Counted from the first letter of the stretch, positions 38,551 to 50,294 are shown. The stretch: DNA of 64,000 nt from Lama glama (GCA_028534125.1 CM052816.1:62312001-62376000), one strand, 5' to 3'. The notes: generated by a model not told the origin, from the letters alone. Program-made: numbers and translations.

Positions 38551-40112
38551 GTTGCATTTGCTTATCTCCAAAATTATATATTTGATGATAAAAATACAAC
38601 TAGGAGGGGCCAAAATGGAAGTCTAGTTTCTATATACTTAATAAAATGTTCATCATCCAATCTTTCATTCATTCTTACTGAATTCCTATGTGTACAAACT
38701 AAAAAGAACTTTTTCTTGTAGAGCTGCAGATCTTTCTGGATAGAAGGAACAGTAAAAGTGTGTGGTGTGGGCAAGAGAGAATGTGTGTCAAGAGATGAGT
38801 GATGCCATCAGGGAGAGGGCAGAGGATCAGGGCAGGTTTTATAGTAAATCCCACTTTTAGTGTGTAATCACTGGATGAAAGATCTGCAGTAGCCTGTCAT
38901 CAAGTTTCCACAGGGAAGGTAAAACCAGTAACTTTGTGCCAGGTACTCTGACACATGTTAGTGTGTGAAACTCTAAAACCCAGTTTACAGATGGGATATC
39001 AACAGCTCATACAGGTTAAGGCTCCCATGGTCTCTATTATAAACATACTATGCCCTCAGCATTTTGGCATATGGCCTGCCGGTCCTTGTCATACAGTTGC
39101 GCTAGAATGCTGGATTAAGCAACATTATTCAGATTTATTTCATAGAGGATTCACCCAGAGCCTTTATTATACTGAGCTGTATTTTGACTGTCCAAAAAGA
39201 AGACATAGTTTACAGAATATTTCCATATTTAGTATACTATGAAAACATGTTAACATTTTTGCAAAAAGCTAACTGAAATGCTGCTATATATTATAGTTCT
39301 AGGTGTTATTTATTATGCTGATGGTTAATGCAGAAGAAGGGCAGAGTCATCACTTGCTATTCAATCTATTTGGTTCCTGAATTCAGAGAGTGAGGAATAA
39401 GAACCTATAGAGAAAACATGTCTCTCCAAAAACATGTTCAAATCTATTTGGCTCCTGAATTTAAAGAGTAAGGGATCACTGTATATTTTGAAAAGCAGTA
39501 CTTGAGCAATTTCATCCAAGATTTGGAAAGGTAACATCCAAAAAAATATTTTGTTACAGTCAGCAAACAACTATAATCTCAAGTAGAACTTTTATCATGT
39601 TTCTCATTTTAAATGCACATTTGTTCTAAATGAAACAACGAATTTGCAAAGTAAGCATTTGTGGATGAATATAATGCTTATTTTTGAGATGATAGTTATT
39701 TATATCCAGGCAGATACACTATAAAATATTCATTGGCACTAGCATATCTTTAAGAGAAAGATAACAGTTCCATAACAGAGGGCACTATGTTTCATAAAAT
39801 CTCTGATTTTAAAATGCTTTTATCTGCCAAATGAAGTCAAATTAATAATTCAACGTGCACTAAAATGCCACAATCAATACAACAGCTTCTAACTCAACTC
39901 TGAGGAACAATACTTTAGAAGACAATTACCTTATAAAATATATTCCTCTTTCGTTTTGAACCAGACACATAAAAAATAGTAAGCTTTTCTAAAAAAGAGC
40001 AATATTTACTAGCAGACAGGAAAATGCAACATATAGCAAAAGCAGTTACTATCAGGAGCTAAGTTAGCTGTCTATAAACGACAAATGAGACCTGGGAAAA
40101 AACAGCCTGAAG

Positions 40113-40280
40113 CAAAGATTCTCAAACATTAAAAAGCACATAAATCACCTGGGGGCACTTACTAAAATACAGATTCTGATCCAGCAGGTAGAGTGGGGCC
40201 TAGGATAGTGTATTTCTAACTCATTCTCAGGTGATGCTAATGGTACTATTCAAGGGACCTGACTCTGAGTAGCCAGATCT
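40113..40280. mobile_element. MER5A-type MITE
   Basis: 'aaatcacctgggggcacttactaaaatacagattctgat...tctcaggtgatgctaatg'. Confidence 0.8.
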
Positions 40281-41139
40281 TAAGTATACTATCTGTAAAG
40301 TCCCTATATCCGGGATGCTGTTGACATACCTCCACTGCATGAGTTACAACAATGCCCAAATCCCTTCTTTAAAAAATACTGTTATGCTTAACTGGTATGA
40401 GAAGCAGTGGTTAAGTGCTCCAAAATCAAAATCAAACAAATAAAATACCTAGAAAGCACCAATCACCATTATAATCTTGAAAATTATAAAAATTTCAACT
40501 GATATTTGAGAATGGGAAAAAAAGACTAATTTGAATACTAAAAACTCTGAGATCGCTTACTGAGGAGATGCCAGTCTCCCTAGATGAAAACTGAAATGTC
40601 TACCTAAAAGATCTGTGAATCTCTGAGGGGATAATGACAGCATAACAAATGGACAGGAGAAAGGATGTGGAGTTAAACAACATGTATGAACCAACAGTCA
40701 CTTCTAGGAATTAATCCGGAGGAAATGACAACATTAGAGGTATATGCGAGGTATATGTACAGAATAGGTTGTATCAGCCAAAAAGTGTGTATTTTTAATC
40801 AAAGTGTCCAAAGGGAATTGGTTAAATAAATCTAATGGTTTATCAATAAAATGTATTAATCTATTTTATTTCATCCATAAAATGAAATACTAGGTGACCA
40901 GTAAAACATTGATATAGATGTGCAAAATTATTCCACTTAAATATATACAAGCATAGGAATAGTAGGTTATGAATAATTTTTTATTATGAATAATTTGGGA
41001 GGGTTTGTTTTTTCCTTTTTCTTCTTTTTACTATCTGAATGTTCTATTCTGCCTAAAATAAACAAAGGTTGCTTTAACAAAAGCAAATGAATAAATACAT
41101 TTTTCCTGAGTACAAATATATTGCTTTTAGAGTTATATC

Positions 41140-41312
41140 CCCCAATTCAGATCTTGAGTAAGCTACTTAACCTGTTTGTATGTGAATCAGTTTCCTCATC
41201 TAAAAAGAGGGCATAATAACAAAAAAAACTCTACAGAGCAGCTGCAAGAATTAATATGTGTTAATAAATGTAAAGTGTTTAAAACAGAGCCTGGCATATA
41301 GTAAGTGCTAAG
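41140..41312 (+). mobile_element. MIR
   Basis: 'tcagtttcctcatctaaaa', 'gagcctggcatatagtaagtgct'. Confidence 0.8.
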
Positions 41313-41426
41313 GAAGAGCTGTGTGTTTCTTTCTCTTTTTTAAATGATTAAACTGGTCTCCTGCTGATGCCACGTCTGAGATGATGTTGTCACATAATTC
41401 TGCTTTGGATCCTGAGTCTACCTATT

Positions 41427-41630
41427 TTTTTTTAACATTTTTTATTGATTAATAATCATTTTACAATGTTGTGTCAAATTCCAGTGTAGAAAACAATTTT
41501 TCAGTTATATATGAACATATATATATTCATTGTCACATTTTTTTCTCTGTGAGCTACCATAAGATCTTGTGTATATTTCCCTGTGCTATACAGTATAATC
41601 TTGTTTATCTATTCTACAACTTTGAAATCC
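41427..41630 (-). mobile_element. Young 5'-truncated L1 3' end, antisense, with TSD
   Basis: TSD 'atcctgagtctacctatt' at 41409-41426 and 41627-41644. Confidence 0.95.
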
Positions 41631-43169
41631 TGAGTCTACCTATTAGCTCTAGGACCTCTGGAGATAACTAGCAGATGTTAGAATCTAAATTAGAGCAAGA
41701 ATGCCCTGAAGTAACCAAACAGTAGGCAAGGCAGAACTCTACAGTTACTCAGTATTTTTAAACATGCAGTAAAATGACTATTTGTAAACTGCTGTTAAGA
41801 GAATAAACTGATTCAATCTTTCTAGGATACAATTTGGTAACACATACCAAATCAAGATCCTAACAATTCTACTCCTAGAAATTTAGCTTAAGCAAAATGG
41901 ATGTGATATTCAGACCACAAAAGCTGAGATTTAAGGATATCAGTTTATAATAAACAAAAATTGGAAACAATCTAACTGTTTAACAGCGCGATACGGCTGA
42001 AAACATATCTAACATACTTACATATTAACAGTTTTTTGGAGAATATTTAACGACAGGAAATGCTCTAGAATGTTAAATTTTTAAAAGTTAAATACAGACC
42101 TGGAGATAGAATAGAAATTGAGTATTTCTTTTAAAGGTTTTGAATATAAGATACATAGGAGGGTTCATAGGAAATCAATATTTTAAAAGAAAAATAAAGA
42201 TTTAATATTTAAAAGAGAATCACCTGTCAGATATATTTCCTGTATCTGGGTATTCAGGAGACATAGTTTATACCCCTTGAAAGAATATAAATAAAATAGA
42301 ATTTATTTATTTGGGTTTTTATTCAGAGAGCTCATTCAAGATATGTACAGCAACTATAAAAACACATCTACAAATCAAGTTGTTAAATTTTCTTAGCAAT
42401 AATGCATGCTGTACTATTTTCTATCCCTTAAAAGTAATAATGTAGTTTACTTTTCTGGAAAGTGGCATTTGAATACCTTCAAGTATTTCCTCTTCACCAG
42501 ATCTGCTTAATAAATATTTATTGAGTTTCTAAAAGGGGCCAGGTGAAAATATGAATGAAAAACGGTCAATGCCTTCAAGGAGCTGTAGTGAAAGCTGCCA
42601 TCAAGTAATAAATGACATCTTCCTTTGGTGGCTCAAACCAGGAATTTATTCATGGACAAAGGAGAAAATGCTAAGTGACATTTCAATTTGTTTTTATAAA
42701 ACAAAACCAAAACTTTTTATGCACACTCTACAATGACACAGATTAAGTTTACTTCCTGCATTGAAACAGCAAAACACAGAGCAAATATATGTTAAAATAA
42801 ATTAAATTTGAATAGTAGGCTTTATTATCTTGATATAATTCCTCTAAATTATATACTTGACTTGATTTATTTTCATACAGAAGAGAAATATATTTAGGGA
42901 TATTCCCCCTTTAAAAGTCCCTCTCTTGGTTAGACTCCTTCAGAAGTACTATCATATTGTTAAAGAAAGGGGTTAAGGGCAGACTTCTTAATGCTTTCTC
43001 TCAGACCATCAAAAGCAAACATTTACTTGAAAAGTAAAATGCCTTAGAGAAACAATACTGAAAGCTACTTTTTGTTAAGAATCAATCATGGTTTTCTATT
43101 ATTCTTACAATTATTGATTTTATAATATTGGATATCTGTTGTTATTTTAGCTTATTTGCATTAAGTGTT

Positions 43170-43380
43170 TTTTTGTTATATGTTTACTGAGTGCTTTATT
43201 TATTAGCTCATCAAATCCTCACAAGCCACCATCTAAGGTAGGTAGTACTATTAGCCTGATTTTAGCAAAGTTATTGAGGCACAGAGATTTTAAATGTATT
43301 TGAAGTTACTTAAATAACAGAAAACAGACAGAATTAAAACCCACAGTCTGCAGCCAGACCCTATGCTTATCACCATTACT
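43170..43380 (-). mobile_element. MIR
   Basis: 'ctcatcaaatcctcacaag...aggtaggtagtactattagcc...tgaggcacagaga'. Confidence 0.75.
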
Positions 43381-44804
43381 TTATTTTGACTCCTAAAAAC
43401 TAGAACCAGAGGTCATTCTTTAAAATCTGAAAGACATAAATTGAGGCCTGACTGGATTAATGTACTTAGAGGGTAACAAGCATATGGAACCCTAGAGAGC
43501 TAAAAAATGTAAACTTATAACATTCAGTTGAATGAATAGTTATTGGATAAATGAATTATTAGGAAAACTAAAATGTACTGAACAAAGTGCAGCCTCGATC
43601 TGCTGCAAATGAAGTAGAATCATCAAGTCCTTTCCTGGGGCCAAACACTGAGTTTTAGAGAGCCAGCAGCCCACTACCCACTGCAGTTTCCACAGTGTCT
43701 ATTACCAATCTTGCATGAGCTAAGGGACCCAGCGGCAGATCCATTTAAATGATTTGGTATGTATGACTTGGTAATGATTTGGTATGATTTAAATGATTTT
43801 GTATATATAAAACACTCAGAACACGGCCTGCACAAAAGTGCTCAGTAGATGTTACCAGTTATCATCAACATTCCTGCCAATTAAATACACTACCAATATT
43901 CTGGTGCATAAAACACCTAACATCAATTGCACAAGGACTGTTCTTGTTTATTCAGGGATTCTTCCATATACATTTAGTGATATTTTTGAGCAAATCAACT
44001 CAAAAAGATCTGTGAATTTTCCCCTTTGGGTCTGGTAACTTAGATCCAATATGTTTCCATAGTCTTCTTAGTCACAGGAGATAAAATTCTGTCAATCTGT
44101 CCAGACGCAAAGGATTATGCTATTTGGTGTTACTTGGAGATGGAAAGTGTGGGATGAGAAATAAAAGAGAACTGATGATATCTTGTCTTTCAACCTCAAT
44201 CCCCAGTATTCTACACCCCATTAAACTCTCAAGGATTTACTGAATTTCAATTTTTACTTTTCTTTCCAACAGTAGTAGTAACTATTTAAGGCCTCACATC
44301 AGAAACATGCGGGCGGATTGTCAGGAACTCTTATATCTATGTACTGATCCACAGATAAAGAAATGCAGATGTAAGACAGTACCTTTAAAAAGGAAAACTA
44401 AAAAACAACACGTAAACATCTTCTTCTGAGTCCAAATATGACTGACGCAAAGAAAGACATACTGTACTAGTCAGCAGATGAAAGACAGATCCCTGCTAAA
44501 TGAGACCGGCACTCACCTAAACAGAACTGCACTGATAAATGCCAACCTGTGCCTATAGGGGAGTGGTGGCTCAACTAAAAAAGAAATTGATAATCAATTT
44601 ACAGATAAATATTTTCTTTTAAAGATTATTATTTTGATGACTCATTTGTATATTATGTCAATGACAATCCTTTTTACATGTTATAGTTAAAAAGTATTAT
44701 TCAATTGCAACATGTTATTAAATTATCCTTTTTGTCATTACCTACTTGAAAACATTCACAAAAGTTTTCTTCATCTCAACATTACGACTTGCTTCACGAC
44801 TTGG

Positions 44805-44945
44805 ATTAAAATAACACCTCTCTGAACCTCAGTTTTCTCATCTATAAAATAAGCATACCTATGTGATAAGGTTATTATGAAAATTAGAAATAAGATATGT
44901 AAAGCGCTTAGCATTCTTTCTTTAATCACACAGCTAATAAGCAGT
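44805..44945 (+). mobile_element. MIR
   Basis: 'cctctctgaacctcagttttctcatctataaaat'. Confidence 0.8.
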
Positions 44946-45500
44946 AGTTTCAGAATTTAGGGTTTGAATGCAATAAAAGACAAAATTAGTAGTAGTACTA
45001 CAAGTACTATTCTAAGTTTTAACACTGGCTTTAAAATAACTAACTTTATAATGTAAAAAATTTTACAATAAAACTAAGAGTAAATATTCCATTTGAGGAG
45101 GCTTGCTCTCCCACTCCAACATAGATACATTCAGCTATACTTGTTCTCAATTGCTATTTTATTTTTCATTATTTGAGCACTTAAGGTTCATGAGTGATCT
45201 TTAACAAACTATTCCAATTCAGTCATGAAAGAAAAGGGGGAAGAAATTAGAAACAACTTCATACCATATTCAACAAACAACTTTTAACTGCCTATAATGT
45301 TTTGACTTATGAAGTATTAAGATGAAAGACACACAGGCCCTGTCCTTTAGAGGCTCACAGTCTAGTCAGAGCATGCACACAAATCTTAAAATGAGTTACA
45401 TGTTATTATCCAGGCGTTTGTAAGAGCTTAGGAGATAGCGAAGCAGCTAAATATGCTGGGTGAGTTGATCAAAGGTTAATATTTAAAATGAGTCTAAAGA

Positions 45501-46187
45501 CAACCTATGGAATGGGAAAAAATTTTTGCAAATGAAACCGACAAAGGCTTGATCTCCAGAATATATAAGCAGCTCATACAACTCAATAAGAAGAAAATAA
45601 ACCCAATCCAAAAATGGGCAGAAGACCTAAACAAGCAATTCACCAAGGAAGACATACANNNNNNNNNNNNNNNNNNNNNNNNNNNNNNNNNNNNNNNNNN
45701 NNNNNNNNNNNNNNNNNNNNNNNNNNNNNNNNNNNNNNNNNNNNNNNNNNNNNNNNNNAACATAACGCCATTTGCAGCAACATGGATGCTCCTGGAGAAT
45801 GTCATTCTAAGTGAAGTAAGCCAGAAAGAGAAAGAAAAACACCATATGAGATTGCTCATATGTGGAATCTAAAAATCAAAAAAACAAAAAAACAAAGCAT
45901 AAATACAAAACAGAAATAGACTCATAGACATAGAACACAAACTCCACTCCAGGGGAGTGGAGGGAGTGAAGGGATAGACTGGGATTTCAAAATTGTAGAA
46001 TAGATAAACAAGATTATACTGTATAGCACAGGGAAATATATACAAGATCTTACAGTAGCTCACAGAGAAAGGAATGTGACAATGAATATATATATGTTCA
46101 TGTATAATTGAAAAATTGTGCTCTACACTGGAATTTGACGCAACATTGTAAAATGACTATAAATCAATAAAAAATGTTAAAAAAAAT
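45501..46187 (+). mobile_element. Young L1 3' fragment with TSD (contains a 100-N gap at 45659-45758)
   Basis: ORF2 C-terminal peptide EWEKIFAN...FAATWMLLENVILSEVSQ. TSD 'aaaatgagtctaaaga' at 45485-45500 and 46188-46203, at a tt/aaaa endonuclease site. Confidence 0.96.
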
Positions 46188-46798
46188 AAAATGAGTCTAA
46201 AGAATGAGTAAATTCCTCAATGGAGAATGTAGAGTAGAGAATCAAAACCAAGAACAGATACACAAGAGTAAGTTACCACTTTCAAGGAACTGAAACTTGG
46301 ACCAAAGAGAGGCAATAGGGAGAGCTGACAGGGATGAAATGGAGGAAGATAAAAAAAGAAATGTAGAGTGGGAATAAATAACCCTTCTCCTATTTTTTGG
46401 CAATATGACATCTTTAATTTAAGATTCTCGGCAGAACATGGCAGAAATAGTATACTCACAGAAAGAAGAGCCAATGCTACATTATAATGATTTTTGTTAC
46501 CATTTTCACTTCTTTAAAGGGATAAGAGTAAAAGGTACTGGCCCCGTGAAGAGAGGAGAATCAACAATGCCCAATGTACAACTAGTCAAGATTTGGATAA
46601 TATGACAATCATTCCAGATGGGATGTGGAATATCAGCACAACATTGGTGTTGAATAGGAGGGAAAACTGAATGGATTAAAATGACATGCAGAAGAACCAA
46701 ATGCAATAGCATCACAGGCTCCTCCAAAGAACTCTCCATGATATTTCTGACAAAGTGGTCCTGTTAATACTACCAGAAACTCATTAAAGAGGCAAGTA

Positions 46799-47076
46799 CA
46801 GTGGGTCCTTGATGAACACGGCTTTGATTTGTGTGAGTATACTTATATATGGATTTCTTTTTCAATAAATATATTCTACAGCACCACACCATCTACAGTT
46901 GGTTGAATCCATGGATGCCGAACTGTGGATACTGAGGGCCGACTATAAAGTTATAATTGGATTTTTTTTTATTGAAGTACAGTCAGTCTACAATTTTGTG
47001 TCAATTTCTGGTGTACAGCATAATGATTGTGCAAGGGTTGGCACCCCTAATTCCCATGTCGTTCTAGAGTCATCTG
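46799..47076. mobile_element. Tigger2-family MITE with TA TSD, nested in the MULE transposase
   Basis: Ends 'cagtgggtccttgatgaacacgg' and 'ccatgtcgttctagagtcatctg' are imperfect TIRs; TA at 46797-46798 and 47077-47078. Confidence 0.88.
46962..47028 (-). mobile_element. Tiny L1 3' end nested in the Tigger MITE
   Basis: 'tttttttttattgaagtacagtcagtctacaattttgtgtcaatttctggtgtacagcata'. Confidence 0.8.
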
Positions 47077-47400
47077 TAAATAGAATTCAAAACAGACTGA
47101 CCTCCAAACCCAACTTTACTGCATGGAATTGAAATTCCAGAAGAGTATAAGGTGACCAGATGTGGAAAACCATCTCTTGTGCATAATTCTGGTGTCCCAG
47201 ATGAGAAAAGATTTCTTATTTACACAACTTGGACAATTTGATACTTAAGTGCCAGTACCGTATTATTCAATGACAATAGCTTCAAGACACCAACAATTAC
47301 AGTTCACTGAGTTATTTACTATACACCGCATAATATCAAGTTATACTATACCAGTGATTTATGTACTAACAATGAAAAGGTGAGAGGACACTTACATATC

Positions 47401-47440
47401 GATAGATTGATAGATTGATTGATTGATCTATCTATCTATA
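47401..47440. repeat. Compound (GATA/GATT)n-(TCTA)n microsatellite inside the transposase
   Basis: 'gatagattgatagattgattgattgatctatctatctata'. Confidence 0.85.
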
Positions 47441-48295
47441 TGACAAAGTACTTGCATTTGCATGGAAAAGAAACCTCAATATTAACCATCTAGTGTGCAT
47501 GATGGATTTGGAGATTGCAGATACGAATGTAATTCAAACTACGTCTACCCAAAGCACAAGTCAAAGAATGTTTGTTTCACTTTTCACAACCACTGTGGCA
47601 AAAAAAAATCTTCTTTGTGTCTAACTATATGAGTATATGGCAATGGAAAGTGATACCCATAAGAAGGTACCCATGTCATTTGGACTTCCATTTGTGCCTT
47701 TGCAAGATGTAAATGAAACTGAGTACATTATGAAGAGTGCGGAAGACAATTTAGAAGACTTAATGAATTATGTTGAGAGAGTGTATGTCCATGGAAGGTG
47801 TGGCAAAGGCAAAAGAAGACCAGAAGCTCTAAGATCTCAACCAGACATTTGGAATGTTTATACATTCGTACTGAACAGCAATCACAAGATGAATAATGCA
47901 GTGAAAGGCTAGCACAGAAAATTCCAGAAGTTGATGGTAGAGCATCATCCTTCAAATTGGAAATTTCCTGAAGTGTTAAAAGACAAACAGCAAAGCAACG
48001 AACAAGTTATCACCCAAGTTCTTGGTGATCACACTCAAATATGGCCACCAACTTCACAATATACTGACAAGATAAAATTTGTATAAATGAAATTAACAGA
48101 TTTAATGAATATAAAGCCAATAATCAAGTTGATAAATACTTGAGAGTAACTGCTCATCAACTTAAGAGCAACTAACCAAACTTGATGAAAAGGAAGAAAA
48201 CGAATAGATGTGAACTCCAAAATTCATCGTGAATCACAATAAAAATAATACAAATACAATTTTAAAAAGTTCAGTGTTTGTATTATTTAACAAAT

Positions 48296-48346
48296 CATGA
48301 ACCAAATGTCTCAATGGACATTTTGGACAGGACCAAATGTCCTGCA
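48296..48346. repeat. Putative right terminal repeat region of the MULE element
   Basis: 'accaaatgtc' at 48301 and 48332, with the inverted unit 'ggacattttgg' at 48316 between them. Confidence 0.6.
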
Positions 48347-50294
48347 AAGGTTTAGACATATCCCTCATAAATGGGGATTCACAGGTTTTTAGGTAAGAGA
48401 CTGTGGCGACCAGATTTTAGATGCAGTTCAAGAATAAGATAGTAAGAGTTTGAAACAGAGGCTCAAAAAGTGGGAGTAGACGAAAAGAGACAGTTTAAAC
48501 ATAGAAGAAATTAAGTTTAATAATCAGTTATATAAGAGTGTGATAACCAGTAATATGTGCGTAATGAAGAAAATGGAGTCATGAAAGACTCCTATGCTTC
48601 TAACTTTGGCAACTTGTTATATGATACTATAAATATGGACAGAAAATTAAGGAAAAGGAATTGGCTATCTTAGAAAATTTTAGAATTTCAAGTGGATTCA
48701 ATGTCACCATGAAAGTAGCTATTTTTCACAAAATGAGTGCATACACCTTCTTGAAGTGTGGCTACCTTTGATAAATGTATATATTAAACTTAAGGGGGAA
48801 AACGTGTTGTTACTTCTTGTTATAGAAGCAATGTATGTTTATTTTACATATCTGGATGAGAAAAATAAATCTTTGTAAATCTTTGTAAAATTTTGATGTT
48901 TTCTTCCAATTTTTCTCATGTTATCTGTAAAATACACGTTTGCTTTGTTTTTCATTTAACATTATGACATGGCATTTTAAAGAAGTATCTTAAACATACT
49001 CTCAGGATCAAGGTAAAATAAGAAAGGGTAACTGCCATCTAGAAAGCTCAATCACATAAGACCATGAGTTAGAAAGGCACTGACCATGCTATGAGTCTTT
49101 AATTAAAAGGAAAATTTCTTTACTAATTGAATAACAAATGGGAGGAAAAGACATGTCAGTAGCACTTAACCATCTAAATCTTACTTTCTGTGGATGAGGC
49201 ACTCAACATGTGTAAGTGACCAAGGCTCAGGCGAACTAACTAATGTGCACAAGATCACACAGCTAAACTGTCAGTGGAGCCAGAATTCAAACCTGCTGGG
49301 ACTTCCGGTTCTCTTTCCAGTATGCTCTGCTGCCTCTTCTCAATTACAGGCCATGCAGAATTAACAAGTGTTCTGAAATCGCCCAGGGCACTCATGTGGA
49401 ATGCAAGGTGATTATCTAGGGCAGTGAGTCTCAACTCCTAGTGGTGGTGAAGAACCATGTTGAGTGGTAAAACAGATAATTTCTGTGGGCCTTTACAGTT
49501 TTAACATTCTGTGACTGTGCTCTTCAGCAGGGTTACTGAACTTCTTTCTTTAAGCTCCCAGTACAATTTTCCTTCACAGAGTTTTGGTGTATGTTACCCA
49601 ATATATATTGGTCTAAAGTCTCTTCTCCGAGGCTTGAACACAATTCCCATATCAATTATTAGCGAAAAGTGTGCACAAGAGCCCACAACCAAAACCTGAC
49701 CCACTGTGTCACTTGTAACTGTTATTCTTTTCAATGGTAATTATTATTAATTTCTCATTACATTAATTTTTGAATTTCTTTTATTTTTGGTTTCTTTTAA
49801 AAATTATTTGCATTGGCTATTTCATTTATTATTTTAGTACTTCATTTTGCTTGAAGTAAGGGACATAATTTGAAAATGAAAAAGGCAACAAACTGCCCTT
49901 TGGCAATCGCCTAACTCCTGATATATGATAGGCATTGCCCACTTTTTAAAATTCAGATAATGCACAGTGTAAAGAGAGCACTGTCTAAAGTAATGGTTTA
50001 AAATCCTGGCTGCACATTATTAGAATAATACAGAAAGTTTTTTAAAAATGCTAGTGACTAGGCCCACTCCCATGAGCTGAACAGGACTTTCTGCTGCAGG
50101 GAGGGGTTAGGGAGAACAAAGGCATTATTTTAAAATCTCCCAACAAACTCTTTTTAAGCCAAAGGGCCGTAAAATCGTAAGAGAGCAAAATACTGTCAAA
50201 ACAACCAGTTTTCCACAGAGTTTTCCAGAGAAAACAAAAGACAACTGAGAATTAACCCTTAATATTCTGAAGTTCACAATACTTGTTATATAAA

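Larger units (their letters stand above)
46438..48175 (+). pseudogene. Fossil FLYWCH-MULE (Mutator/Phantom-like) DDE transposase, start to stop
   Basis: Manual translation across frameshifts gives, in order: MAEIVYSQKEEPMLHYNDFCYHFH; KRYW..EERR..NAQCTT; SLKRQV/NRIQ; PPNP..L..IEIPEEYKVT..G; DEKRFLIYTT; LFNDNSFKT; FTELFTIH; IPVIYVLT; CMMDLEIA; CLFHFSQPLW; LPFVPLQDV; YVHGR; IWNVY; MNNAVKG*HRKF; HHPSNWKF; KYLRVTAHQL. Confidence 0.88.
45265..48680 (-). mobile_element. L2 host element, interrupted by L1 (45501-46187) and the MULE fossil (~46380-48346)
   Basis: 'attcaacaaaca...ggccctgtcctttagaggctcacagtctagt', 'tgagtctaaagaatgagta'; resumes as 'ggtttagacatatccctcataaatgggg' after 48347. Confidence 0.6.

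Noticed and set aside
43744..43804. Short repeats of 'atgatttggt' as a functional array
   Set aside because: It is an irregular low-complexity expansion beside a MIR remnant, with no unique spacers.
47637..47912. 91-aa ORF as a live or domesticated transposase gene
   Set aside because: It is a mid-gene fragment. The catalytic Glu codon reads AAA, the Trp codon two positions later is TAG, and the rest of the gene has several stops, frameshifts and nested inserts.
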